64,000 bases of DNA from Promethearchaeia archaeon (lineage in GTDB: Archaea > Asgardarchaeota > Lokiarchaeia > Sigyniarchaeales > SOKP01), in contig JAHQWG010000016.1 in NCBI GenBank assembly GCA_029856045.1, positions 416,001 through 480,000 on the forward strand, read 5' to 3'. This document shows positions 19,940 to 29,378 of this stretch, one piece after another (within the stretch, counting starts at the first letter, position 1; each line of letters begins with the position of its first letter). The position numbers were made by a program, and so were the translations under genes. The notes under the pieces are model-generated. The model was given only the letters and a program-made list of their open reading frames with translations. It was not told the DNA's origin and searched no databases.

Positions 19940-21323
19940 TTATTTTACTCCAATCTGAAAAATTAATAATTTTATTATAAGTTTCAGTAATACTTTTGAA
20001 GAGCACACAGCCAATACAAAACATATCAACAAAATCCTCATCAGAGAGGTTTAATATGTCCCTAGTACTTGGTGATATTGCTAATGCACGATCTGCCTCA
20101 ATTTTTCCATCGTAACCACTTAAATTAACCACAAATTCCTGTTTATTCAATGTCCCTCCATAAGAATTACGTGCAATTCTAACTAAACCACCAATTGGAA
20201 TTATTTTCCCTTCTTTTTGACTCAAATAAATTCTAATATCAAAAGTGTGATTTCCATTTCTCCAATCAATTAAGGAAAAATTTGCCATTTCCATAATCGT
20301 ATAGGGATATGGATCTCGAATTTTAAGGAATTTTCCGAAAAATTCATCTTTACTTTTCTTAATAATATTTCTAAAATTCGAGGGATCTTCATCAGAACTA
20401 ATAGGAATAATACCTGCTCCACCAGATCCACCACTTGGTTTAATAATAAAATTTGTATTATAATTTTTAACAACAAAATCCATTTTTTTCAATAAATCCT
20501 CTTCATTCATTCCTTTACTAAACATCAGATATTTTACTCGATATTTTTCTAACTTACTTTTAGCAAAATATTCAGCTAAATAAGTTAAAGATTTATCATC
20601 TGTAATTAAAAAAATCGGATTAACAATAGCTGTATTTATTTTTCGAAAATCTTCTCTTACTAATCGTTTAAAATCTTCATCTTTTATCCTACGAGCAATT
20701 CCATCTCCGATTAATAAATTTACTTTTTGATCTTTATACATAACCCAATTATCTCTAAATGAGATATTCAAGGCTATATTTTTATAATCTGTGATAAAAA
20801 ATGCCACGTCTTCAGTAAAAAATCCTTTAAAATTTAATTCAGTATAAATATTGACGCTATATCCTATTTCTAATATTTTTTTTTTCAAATATTCTAATAG
20901 AAAAATCTTTTCATGAAGCAGCGCATCATCAATAGGCGTGCCAACTAAAATAAAGAGCTTACTATCTTCTCTTTTATTGTTTTTTAAGGAATTTTTTATG
21001 GCTTGTAAATATCCATCATATAACAATCCTTGTTGTTTAGGTGTTATGATTGAAAGACCTCTTGACGAGCCTCCATTCGTCTCAAGTATGAAAAATCTCT
21101 TACGCCCATTATTTTTTTCCACCATAAAATCAATAGCACCAGCATAAAACATTTCTTTCTCAATTAAATAATGTTCTTTTGACTTCTTTAATTTTTTTAA
21201 TGCCCTTTCTCTGATTTTATCGGCGTATTTATCATCTTGTGATTCTCTCAGTAATTTAAATGATATTAGATTTACACCAAAATATTTACCCAACTCAATT
21301 AAATCTGACTCATCTAATTTCAA
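19932..21323 (-). CDS. Circularly permuted ATP-grasp peptide ligase
   Basis: N-terminal AIDFMV...FFILETN (normally the C-terminal ExN strand), IKPSGGSGGAGI, FDIRIY, GGLVRIA and VVNLS motifs. Confidence 0.75.
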   Translation of the reverse strand: MKLDESDLIELGKYFGVNLISFKLLRESQDDKYADKIRERALKKLKKSKEHYLIEKEMFYAGAIDFMVEKNNGRKRFFILETNGGSSRGLSIITPKQQGLLYDGYLQAIKNSLKNNKREDSKLFILVGTPIDDALLHEKIFLLEYLKKKILEIGYSVNIYTELNFKGFFTEDVAFFITDYKNIALNISFRDNWVMYKDQKVNLLIGDGIARRIKDEDFKRLVREDFRKINTAIVNPIFLITDDKSLTYLAEYFAKSKLEKYRVKYLMFSKGMNEEDLLKKMDFVVKNYNTNFIIKPSGGSGGAGIIPISSDEDPSNFRNIIKKSKDEFFGKFLKIRDPYPYTIMEMANFSLIDWRNGNHTFDIRIYLSQKEGKIIPIGGLVRIARNSYGGTLNKQEFVVNLSGYDGKIEADRALAISPSTRDILNLSDEDFVDMFCIGCVLFKSITETYNKIINFSDWSKIIE

Positions 21324-21459
21324 TTTTCTTCACCAAAAAATTAAGATCTTATCTCTTAAAATTCGTTTTCTTTTAAGAACTTTCTATCCAAGTTTTTCTT
21401 CAAATAAAAATTTAAATGTTGAGATATTTGTCAATCTGTAAAGATTTGTCTATTAAAAA

Positions 21460-22092
21460 ATGCCATTAAAAAAAGAAAATAAAAATTGGTTAAAGCGTGC
21501 AATGAAATTAAAAATGTCACTAAGTTGTATTTCAGGTATCTTAGTTATCCTATTCTATTGTATCTTTACTTTTATTGCTATTACTTTATTTCCACTACCC
21601 TTGAATCCTATTGATAATTGGTTGAGTGATCTTGGCAATTCTGGCTATAGCCCTAATGGTGCTATATTCTTTAATATCGGTTGTATTCTAACTGGAAGTG
21701 CTTTATTTCCGTTTTATATAGGGTTACATAAATGGTATAGAGAAGAGAAATGGCAAAAATTCTTATTAATCATCACCCAAATAATCGGATGTTCTTCTGG
21801 ATTTACTGAAATAATGATCGGGATCTTTTCTGAAAATTTTCAACCTGAACATAGTAATTGGTCATACACATTTTTCACTTTAAACCTCATAGTCTTGGTT
21901 TTAGGAAGCATTGTATTATTTAATCATCCCGATTTTATTAAACCAATTGGATACTATGGGATCGGTGTTGCTGTAATTAATTTACTTTTCGTGTTCTTTA
22001 TTGTTACCCCTATATTAGAATGGTTTACGGTTTTGACCGCTTTAGGTTATGTCGGCTTAGTCGTCTATAACATGTACAAAATTATAGATTGA
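21460..22092 (+). CDS. DUF998-like membrane protein
   Basis: NWLSDLG motif, GIFSE..H, multiple TM helices and LEW. Confidence 0.75.
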   Translation: MPLKKENKNWLKRAMKLKMSLSCISGILVILFYCIFTFIAITLFPLPLNPIDNWLSDLGNSGYSPNGAIFFNIGCILTGSALFPFYIGLHKWYREEKWQKFLLIITQIIGCSSGFTEIMIGIFSENFQPEHSNWSYTFFTLNLIVLVLGSIVLFNHPDFIKPIGYYGIGVAVINLLFVFFIVTPILEWFTVLTALGYVGLVVYNMYKIID

Positions 22093-22221
22093 AATATTGA
22101 ACTTAATAGAGTTAGTAGACAGGACACAAGTAATTAACATTTAATTTTTTTTCCTTTTATTATTTCATTTCTATTTGTTTTTTAGTTGATCAGAATAATC
22201 GATTTAAAAAATAACATTTAG

Positions 22222-22341
22222 AAGGAGAAAATTTACAGACCTTACATCATTGTTGACGAAAGAGAGCCCACCAGTATAAAAACCGAGTTAGAAAAAATCG
22301 GGTGCGATCTAGTAGTACCTATCTACCTAGATCAAGCTTAG
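22222..22341 (+). pseudogene. Remnant of an ERCC4/XPF-type nuclease N-terminus
   Basis: A start-less frame between stops reads KEKIYRPYIIVDEREPTSIKTELEKIGCDLVVPIYLDQA*. IIVDxRE...L...G is how ERCC4 domains begin; the frame ends before GDY. Confidence 0.55.
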
Positions 22342-22393
22342 AAAAATGATTCAATTAAATCTTGACGATAATTATATAAGAAAGACTCACGGA

Positions 22394-23635
22394 TTAGAGA
22401 TATAAATACCCTTGATAATTCCCCTTCACAGAAAGTCTTAAGCTGCCAATCACAATCTTTTTAATTTTAATTTGCTCCTTATAACTAAAATCCGAATACA
22501 AAAGAAAATATCGTTTCTCAGTATTTATATTAAAAAGAAGCCCTATATTAATTTGTTCGTTCTCTTCGGTTTTTAAAGCAACAATTACATAATGATAAGG
22601 TAATTTTACCAATTCTTCTAAATATAATTGTTTTTCGATAATTTTCTCATTTTCCAAGTCATAATCCTCTTTAATCAGAATTATCTCATTAAAAGGGACA
22701 GTAATTTTGCGAAATTTTTCAAAAACCATAGCAAATTGCCTTTGTCTTAAAAACCGGCGATCCTCTTTAGTTCTTTCAAAATAATAGTTATTAACTGCTT
22801 CTATTGAAAAGATTTTAGGTTTTGAACTGAGTTTTTTTATATCTTTCTCAATTTCCTCTAACTCTTCTACTTCCTTGTCTTTAAATATGATAACATAATC
22901 TGGTTGAATCATAGAACAAAAAAATTTTTTATAAAGTATACCAGTTTCTGTCTTGATCCAGCCATCTGTATCAATAAGAATGAACCTAGTTTCTTTATTT
23001 TCCTTGGAAAATTCTTCAATTAATTCTTTAGAATAGTGGGGTAAGATAAATTTCAAATCAGCTTTTGGAAAAGTAGAACCAATAAATTTTGTGTCTTTAG
23101 AAATAAAATCTTGAGTTGATAAAATATATGAATCTATCATTCCAATATTAATCGTTGTAGGAATATACATCTGCTGCTGACCTAAATCTGAATCTAAATA
23201 TCCTCCCTTTAACCCCTCTGCTAAAAGTTTATTGGCTAAATATTTAATAAGTGTCGTTTTCCCGCTGCTAAGACCTAATACCATTATTTTTGCTGGGGTA
23301 GTACTAGTTAATTTTTTCATATCTTCAATAATTTTATTAGAAATTCTAATCCAACTTTCTGGAATCGAATTATCCTCCAATTTAATAACCTGGTCTTCAT
23401 TCGCCACATAAATTTCAATCTCAGAATCTTCCAAAAATAATAAAGGATACCTTATACCGGTTGATATAATTATTACATTAGGATCTTTTATATTCGGTTC
23501 TAAAAGATCGATTTTTTCTCTTTTCTCTTTAACCTTTATAACTTTTCCAAAAATCTCAACTTCTCCCTCTAATAATGCTGCTTTAGAAGGTCCAGCCAAT
23601 AAAATAGATTGCCCTTTTTTGTATTTCTTTATCAT
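22394..23635 (-). CDS. Clp1/Grc3/Nol9-family polynucleotide 5'-kinase
   Basis: LGLSSGKTT, LDSDLGQ, PTTI, IDTDGW and the R..EDRRFLR lid motif. Confidence 0.85.
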   Translation of the reverse strand: MIKKYKKGQSILLAGPSKAALLEGEVEIFGKVIKVKEKREKIDLLEPNIKDPNVIIISTGIRYPLLFLEDSEIEIYVANEDQVIKLEDNSIPESWIRISNKIIEDMKKLTSTTPAKIMVLGLSSGKTTLIKYLANKLLAEGLKGGYLDSDLGQQQMYIPTTINIGMIDSYILSTQDFISKDTKFIGSTFPKADLKFILPHYSKELIEEFSKENKETRFILIDTDGWIKTETGILYKKFFCSMIQPDYVIIFKDKEVEELEEIEKDIKKLSSKPKIFSIEAVNNYYFERTKEDRRFLRQRQFAMVFEKFRKITVPFNEIILIKEDYDLENEKIIEKQLYLEELVKLPYHYVIVALKTEENEQINIGLLFNINTEKRYFLLYSDFSYKEQIKIKKIVIGSLRLSVKGNYQGYLYL

Positions 23636-23699
23636 GTTGTATCAAAAAATATTTTTGAATTACTTTAAAATAATAAATTAGAAGATAAAAATATAACTA

Positions 23700-24167
23700 T
23701 CATATTTTTAATTCAACCACTTTAAAAATTTCTTCAAATCCAAATTTAGTAAATAAACTCCTTACGTTTTCATCTAACTCCTTTTTAACAATGATTCTTA
23801 CAGAGTTAATATGGTTCTTTCTAAAAAAATCTATTGAGTACCTTATTAATTCTTCCCCTAAACCTTCTCCTCTATAATTTGGATCAACTATTAAGTTTGA
23901 AATATTTCCAAATAAAAATCCAAAATTTGTTTTTCTAATAGAAGCCAAAGCCATCCCTGCAACCTTGTTTTCCCTCTCGTTAATCGCAACTATCATTTCA
24001 TTCTTAACATCTTTCTTGAATTCCGCTATTAATGAGTGTTTCCATCTTTCCTCGTCAAATTCTTGATTTATTATTGAACATAATTGTTTCATAAGATTAG
24101 TAACTTCATCTGTATCTTTCTCCGTAAATGCACGAATTTGCATGATACTATATTTTTTTCCTTCCAA
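23700..24167 (-). CDS. GNAT family N-acetyltransferase
   Basis: LIVDPNYRGEGLG acetyl-CoA motif and F.KFGF. Confidence 0.88.
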   Translation of the reverse strand: MEGKKYSIMQIRAFTEKDTDEVTNLMKQLCSIINQEFDEERWKHSLIAEFKKDVKNEMIVAINERENKVAGMALASIRKTNFGFLFGNISNLIVDPNYRGEGLGEELIRYSIDFFRKNHINSVRIIVKKELDENVRSLFTKFGFEEIFKVVELKI

Positions 24168-24341
24168 TTTTTTATATATCTATATTGCGAAAATATCTAA
24201 TATTATTTTAATATTTCCTTTCCATTATTATTTAAATTCTTAGAATTTTAAGAAAAAGAATATATAGATAAACAATTTATATTTTTAACATAGATAAACT
24301 CAATAATGAATGAAATATCTCCCTTTCGTTGATAATACATT

Positions 24342-25526
24342 ATGGAAAAAAAAGAAAAAGATGATTCACTTTCAGATGCTCTATCCGCATTAGGTTGGAT
24401 AGAGGAAGAGGAAGGCATAGAAAGCAAGGAAGAAATGCCATCTTCTTTAGAAGATCAAGTTAAATTCTTACTGAAAAAAAAAAAAAAATTAGAAGAACAA
24501 AATTTAATGCTCAAAAATTATATTGAACAGTTGGATTCAAGCTTATCTACAGCTGAAAAACCTGAAATCCCCAACGATTTTGAGTCAAAAATTAATGGAA
24601 AAGATGAAATTATTTCTAAATTAACGGTGGAAAGAGATGATATCAGCAAAAAACTAAAAGAACAAAGAGAAAAAATCATTTCCTTGGACTTAAAGGTTGG
24701 GGAGCAAAATGATCTATTGATTGAAAAAGATAAGCAAATTAATGAGTTTTCCTTAAATATTAGCCAATTAAATGAAAAGGAAAATTTAATCAAGCAACTT
24801 GAAGCAAAAATTAAGGAATTTGAATTAGGAAAAAATGGTATCAGTGAATTCCAAGAAAAAATAAAACAACGAGATACTCAAATTCAAGAACTTCATCAAC
24901 AAATTCAATATCTTGAGAAAGACACAATTCAAAAATCCAAGTATGATAAATTAAAAGTACTTATAGACAAGAAAGATGAGATTATAACACAAAAAGAAAA
25001 AGCTCTTTTTGATAAGGAAAACTCTCTCAATAAAGCAAAAGAAGAAATTCAAGAATTAATGGGAAAAGTTAAAGAAACAGAAAAATTTCACGAAAGATTG
25101 GCGGAAAAAGGTGAAGAAATTGATTTTCTTAAAGGGGAAATAGCTCACTTGAATCTACAACTTGAAAAATCCAAATCTTTGCAAAATAAAATTAAAGAAT
25201 TTGAAGAGCAACTTATTAAACGAGAAAGAGAAAATGTAGAAATCACTAAATCAAGCATGGCAAAAGAAGAAATCGTGAAAAGAGTTGAACAAAAACTCGA
25301 ATTATCTCAAAAAGAGGCTGTAAAAAAAGATATTGAAATAGAAAATTTAAAAATTAATTTCGAGAAAGAATTAGAAGCATTAAAGGTTAAAGAGAATGGT
25401 TATCTGGATAACATCCAAATCCTTAAAATGGAAAATTCTCGCATGGAACAGGAATCTGGAAAACTAAAAGACGAAATTATTGAGTTAAAAAAGAAAATTA
25501 AAGTTCTACGTAGAGGTAGTACTTAA
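24342..25526 (+). CDS. Long coiled-coil protein
   Basis: About 350 aa of E/K/L/I heptad-like sequence with no catalytic motif. Confidence 0.8.
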   Translation: MEKKEKDDSLSDALSALGWIEEEEGIESKEEMPSSLEDQVKFLLKKKKKLEEQNLMLKNYIEQLDSSLSTAEKPEIPNDFESKINGKDEIISKLTVERDDISKKLKEQREKIISLDLKVGEQNDLLIEKDKQINEFSLNISQLNEKENLIKQLEAKIKEFELGKNGISEFQEKIKQRDTQIQELHQQIQYLEKDTIQKSKYDKLKVLIDKKDEIITQKEKALFDKENSLNKAKEEIQELMGKVKETEKFHERLAEKGEEIDFLKGEIAHLNLQLEKSKSLQNKIKEFEEQLIKRERENVEITKSSMAKEEIVKRVEQKLELSQKEAVKKDIEIENLKINFEKELEALKVKENGYLDNIQILKMENSRMEQESGKLKDEIIELKKKIKVLRRGST

Positions 25527-25574
25527 ATGATTTTTAATAAAAAAGAAAATGAATAAAAAGGATTTAAGATTTTA

Positions 25575-25832
25575 CTACTTTTCTCTCCACACACAGCCAC
25601 AACTCCCACAAGAATACCTCTTCCCCCAAATTCGAGGGTAATCGAGAACGATCACTTCTTTATCGACGGATTCATGGATCATGTGCTTAAGTTCCTCACC
25701 ACATTTAGGGCATTTTCGGCGTCCCTCTGGTTTTGGAATAGTTAAAATGTCAGAGAACTCTTCTCTTGGAGGGGTGGTTTCTGGTTCAGTTTCTTTTTCT
25801 GGTTCTTTATTTTCTTCAGACATTTTGGTCAT
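25575..25832 (-). CDS. Stand-alone Zn-finger protein, paralogous to the C-terminal domain of the upstream gelsolin
   Basis: KPEGRRKCPKCG...IHESVDK...DYPR...CGSCG..W aligns colinearly with the end of 25990..26979. Confidence 0.85.
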   Translation of the reverse strand: MTKMSEENKEPEKETEPETTPPREEFSDILTIPKPEGRRKCPKCGEELKHMIHESVDKEVIVLDYPRIWGKRYSCGSCGCVWREK

Positions 25833-25989
25833 TATTTTTTATTTTGTATAAATATGCAATATTTATATCAAAATCATATTGGTTTACATATTAATCTTTA
25901 TGGGATTAATGACATTTATCTTAATTAAAAAAATAAAAAGAAATTTGAAATAAATAAAAAACTTTATTGCAGAATGCTATTTCTTAAGG

Positions 25990-26979
25990 CTACTTCTCAG
26001 ACCATTCAGTTCCGCATTCTCCACAACGATATTTATGGCCATAAACCCTTGGGTAATCCATTATTATATTGGTCTTGTCAACACTTTCGTGAATTTTAAA
26101 TTTATTTTCATTTCCACATTTTGGACACTTTCTTCTTCCAGTGGGTTTCTCTATTCTTAAAATCCCAGTTTCAACATCCATTGCAGTTGGGGTTGGGGGT
26201 TCTTTTATGGGTTCTATTACCATTTCAGGCTCCTTTACTGGTTCAGGCTCAAGTTCCTTTATCGGTTCAGGCTCAGGTTCCTTCATCGGCTCAGATATCT
26301 CTTCTTTCTCTAATGCAGATTCTGCTGAAAATTGGACATGTTCATCGACAGAGGTTTCAACTTTTGCTTCGAAAATTTTCATAAATTCTAAATCGTCACC
26401 TTCTTCAAAAATAACTTCATTTTGTGATCCTGCTCTTTCAGCATCAAAATTTCTTGCCCATTGTCCGGCTTTTACTTTTTCTCTGACATTAGAACTCGCA
26501 CCTTGCCAAATGTACATTTTATCGCCTAAATCTGCAATAAAACAATCTTCAGAATTTAAACTCTCTTTTTTAAACGGTACTTGTATAAATTTCATGGTAT
26601 TTATATCTTCAAACTCTTCAGAAGAGACTCTATAGAGTGTATTTACATGTTCTCCCGCACCTGACCAATCACCAGTATCTACATCTTTGAGCATAGTTTT
26701 TGCTAAATTTTTATCTACTATTTTCATTCCTCCAACAAGTTGTAAAAACTCTTTTATCTCTTGACCTTGATCAAGAGTTATAATTTTTGCAGCACCACTT
26801 CTTTGCTCATCCAATTCTCTAGCTTTCATTGCTGCAAATGTTTTTTCATCTACCGAGCAATATTTACCAAGCCATATATAAATGGTTTTTTCATCATCAA
26901 CAATATAAGTGTCGCCAGAACTGAATACTGGCTTATTCTGCTCTTTTAATTCACCCTTAGCAACCATACAAATTTTCAT
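25990..26979 (-). CDS. Two-domain gelsolin (Asgard 2DGel-like) with an E/P-rich linker and a C-terminal Zn finger
   Basis: Two gelsolin repeats (SGDTYIVDD..IYIWLG..S.DEK; LNSEDCFIADLG..YIWQG.SSN..EK), KEPEP repeats, and CPKC...CGEC. Confidence 0.9.
   Translation of the reverse strand: MKICMVAKGELKEQNKPVFSSGDTYIVDDEKTIYIWLGKYCSVDEKTFAAMKARELDEQRSGAAKIITLDQGQEIKEFLQLVGGMKIVDKNLAKTMLKDVDTGDWSGAGEHVNTLYRVSSEEFEDINTMKFIQVPFKKESLNSEDCFIADLGDKMYIWQGASSNVREKVKAGQWARNFDAERAGSQNEVIFEEGDDLEFMKIFEAKVETSVDEHVQFSAESALEKEEISEPMKEPEPEPIKELEPEPVKEPEMVIEPIKEPPTPTAMDVETGILRIEKPTGRRKCPKCGNENKFKIHESVDKTNIIMDYPRVYGHKYRCGECGTEWSEK
26200..26290 (-). repeat. Imperfect intragenic tandem repeat encoding the (KEPEP)-like linker
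   Basis: Recurrent ggttcaggctc/ttcaggctcc units encoding EPMKEPEPEPIKELEPEPVKEPE. Confidence 0.6.
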
Positions 26980-27102
26980 ATAAAAAATACCTCATAAATT
27001 TTAACTTATATTTTTCTTATGTTTCTTTCAATATATAAATTTATATCAAAAAAATGCGTTTAAAATTAAAAAGATAATTGTGTTATAGTAAATCTCAAGG
27101 AC

Positions 27103-28476
27103 TTATTGATATTCACTAATAGCTTTTTTGATTCTTAAGACAAATTCTGGAATCTTTCTAATATCTATTGAGCTATATGCGATTCTGAAGCCGTTAATTC
27201 CTTCATTAGTTTTTTCTATGGGAATTACTCCAATTTTGTATTTTTTTAGCAACAATTCAGCAAAATCAGTCGCGTTGATGGACTTTAAATTGACAAATAG
27301 AAAGAAACCACCGCGATTAGGATCAATCGAAAATTGGTCACTTTTAATTGTATTCAATTCTTGGTTAAGTAAAATATACCTTTTTTCCAACATTTTTTCT
27401 ATTTTTTTACGATGCTGTAGGGTCTTTTCAATTTCTTGACTTGAGAGTAAAGAGTTAAGAATAGTTTGGTATAAAATATTTGAATTTGAGATTGTGCTTC
27501 TTATAAAACCTGAAAATTTATTTTCTATTTCAACTTTTAACTGTTCTAATTCAAGATCAGTTTTGATCCAATTTTTATGTATTCCTATAGTTAGTGCCCC
27601 TATTCTCCCTCCATACATTAATAATTCTTTAGTTATTCCATCTAACTTGATTGGAATGATATTTTCATCCAATTGAAATAGATCATAAAATAATGAGGTT
27701 TTTATTGCGTTTATATCAAAAGTATATCCTTCATAGGCATCATCACAAAAAATAATTAACGGTTTTTTATTTTGGACTACTATTTTTTTAAATAAATTTA
27801 TTAAATCAATACCCTCCTTTCTAGTTGGAATATATCCCGTAGGATTGTTTGGAATATTCAGAATTAAAATTATTTTATCTTGTACCCTTAATACATCTTG
27901 CATTGCTTTTTCTAAGCTTTTTAAATCAATACTATCTTCTGAGAAATAGTTAAAAGATTTTATTTTTGCACCAATGTTTTTTTCTATGATATTATCATAA
28001 TTTCCCCAACGTTTATTTGGCAAAATGATGTATTCATTCTGATTTAAGAACATGCTACAACATGTAAAAATCCCATGAGTAATCCCAGGTGTAAATAGTG
28101 TTAAAGTCAGATATTTTTCGAGATCTTTTAATGATTTCTTTTTGTTATCATCTAATTGCGATTTTTTAATAACCCAATCTTTCCATCTCTTTCTACTATC
28201 AGTTAAGCCAGGAATAGAGGCATAAGGTACGACATTAGTAATATCAGTATTGAAAAATTGTTTTATATTTTGTAGATAACAAGGAACCCATCGATCTCCT
28301 CCAGCCTCAATAAAATCTTTTTCAAAACCAAATACTGCTCCGATTGTTCCACTTATTTCTGCTTCTTTTTTTGCTCTTTCAGTCCAATAAAAAATACTTC
28401 TTGGTAAGAAAATCCTTTTTCCAACTTCAGAAAATGCCTTATAAATTGGAGTATTTTTAATTGTTTCAAATTCCAT
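27103..28476 (-). CDS. Class I/II PLP-dependent aminotransferase
   Basis: PNNPTGY, DDAY and DGITKE..MYGGRIG motifs. Confidence 0.9.
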   Translation of the reverse strand: MEFETIKNTPIYKAFSEVGKRIFLPRSIFYWTERAKKEAEISGTIGAVFGFEKDFIEAGGDRWVPCYLQNIKQFFNTDITNVVPYASIPGLTDSRKRWKDWVIKKSQLDDNKKKSLKDLEKYLTLTLFTPGITHGIFTCCSMFLNQNEYIILPNKRWGNYDNIIEKNIGAKIKSFNYFSEDSIDLKSLEKAMQDVLRVQDKIILILNIPNNPTGYIPTRKEGIDLINLFKKIVVQNKKPLIIFCDDAYEGYTFDINAIKTSLFYDLFQLDENIIPIKLDGITKELLMYGGRIGALTIGIHKNWIKTDLELEQLKVEIENKFSGFIRSTISNSNILYQTILNSLLSSQEIEKTLQHRKKIEKMLEKRYILLNQELNTIKSDQFSIDPNRGGFFLFVNLKSINATDFAELLLKKYKIGVIPIEKTNEGINGFRIAYSSIDIRKIPEFVLRIKKAISEYQ

Positions 28477-28634
28477 AATTAGCTATTCTTAGTAAGAGCA
28501 AAGTTATAAATTTTTTTTTAAATAGAAAATCCTTTATGGTTCTGTGAAGAAAATGAAAAGAAAAACAAATAAGTAAAATATGCTTATTTTTGAAAGTGCG
28601 TATTTTTAAATATATGCAAATCTAAATTATTCTT

Positions 28635-29246
28635 ATGGAAAATCAAGATTTAGATGAATTAAATAAAAAGATAAAAGAACAGTTTGATAAAATTACTGAA
28701 AACTTTAATAATCTTTTTGAAATAAAGAAAGTTAGTGAAGAGATTGAAACAAGTGATGTTAAACAAAAAGACCAAGAAGCAGGTGCGAAATCAGGAGACT
28801 TTACGAAGGTAGATATTTCAAAAAATTTTGAAGGAGAATGGAATAATTTTATATCTGGTATTCAAAACGGATTTGGAGCTTTAAAAAAAACTACGGAAGA
28901 GCAATCCAAATCTTTTTTAGAACAATCAGAAGAAAATAAAAATAAATTTAATCAATTCTTTAAAAATTTGAAAAGTAAATGGGATACACAAATTAATACT
29001 TGGCAAGATGAATTTAAGCATAAGCAAGAAAAAAATAAACTTGATTGGGAAAACAAATTGCAAAAAATTAAAGGGGACTATGATAACTGGAGAGAACAAC
29101 AAAAACAAGAATTTAAAGAAGGAGTGAGAGAATTTTCTAGAGCAAGTATAAAAGCAAGTTATCAGTTTTTAATATTTATAATACCTATTCTTATTGTTTT
29201 GATTATTATTATTTATGCAGTAGGTTCTTTATTCCCCCCACGCTAA
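28635..29246 (+). CDS. Tail-anchored amphipathic helical protein with 11-residue periodicity
   Basis: Aromatic or large hydrophobic residue every 11 aa from position 61 to 160; single C-terminal TM helix. Confidence 0.75.
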   Translation: MENQDLDELNKKIKEQFDKITENFNNLFEIKKVSEEIETSDVKQKDQEAGAKSGDFTKVDISKNFEGEWNNFISGIQNGFGALKKTTEEQSKSFLEQSEENKNKFNQFFKNLKSKWDTQINTWQDEFKHKQEKNKLDWENKLQKIKGDYDNWREQQKQEFKEGVREFSRASIKASYQFLIFIIPILIVLIIIIYAVGSLFPPR

Positions 29247-29378
29247 AATTAGGAAAATTCTTTGATCTTTAAGCCAAGAATTTAAATTTTTATTCTAATT
29301 TAAAAAACCTACTATTCAGTTATTATCTCTCTCTCTCGATAAAAAAAGCGTTTTGAAAGGAAAAATTTTTTAATTAGG

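Noticed and set aside
18767-21323. Calling the pair true TTLL/CCP (tubulin code) orthologs
   Set aside because: TTLLs are not circularly permuted, and the motifs match CP-ATP-grasp better. Only an analogy is claimed.
28635-29246. SNARE assignment
   Set aside because: The periodicity is 11 rather than heptad layers with a central Q/R; only the topology is similar.
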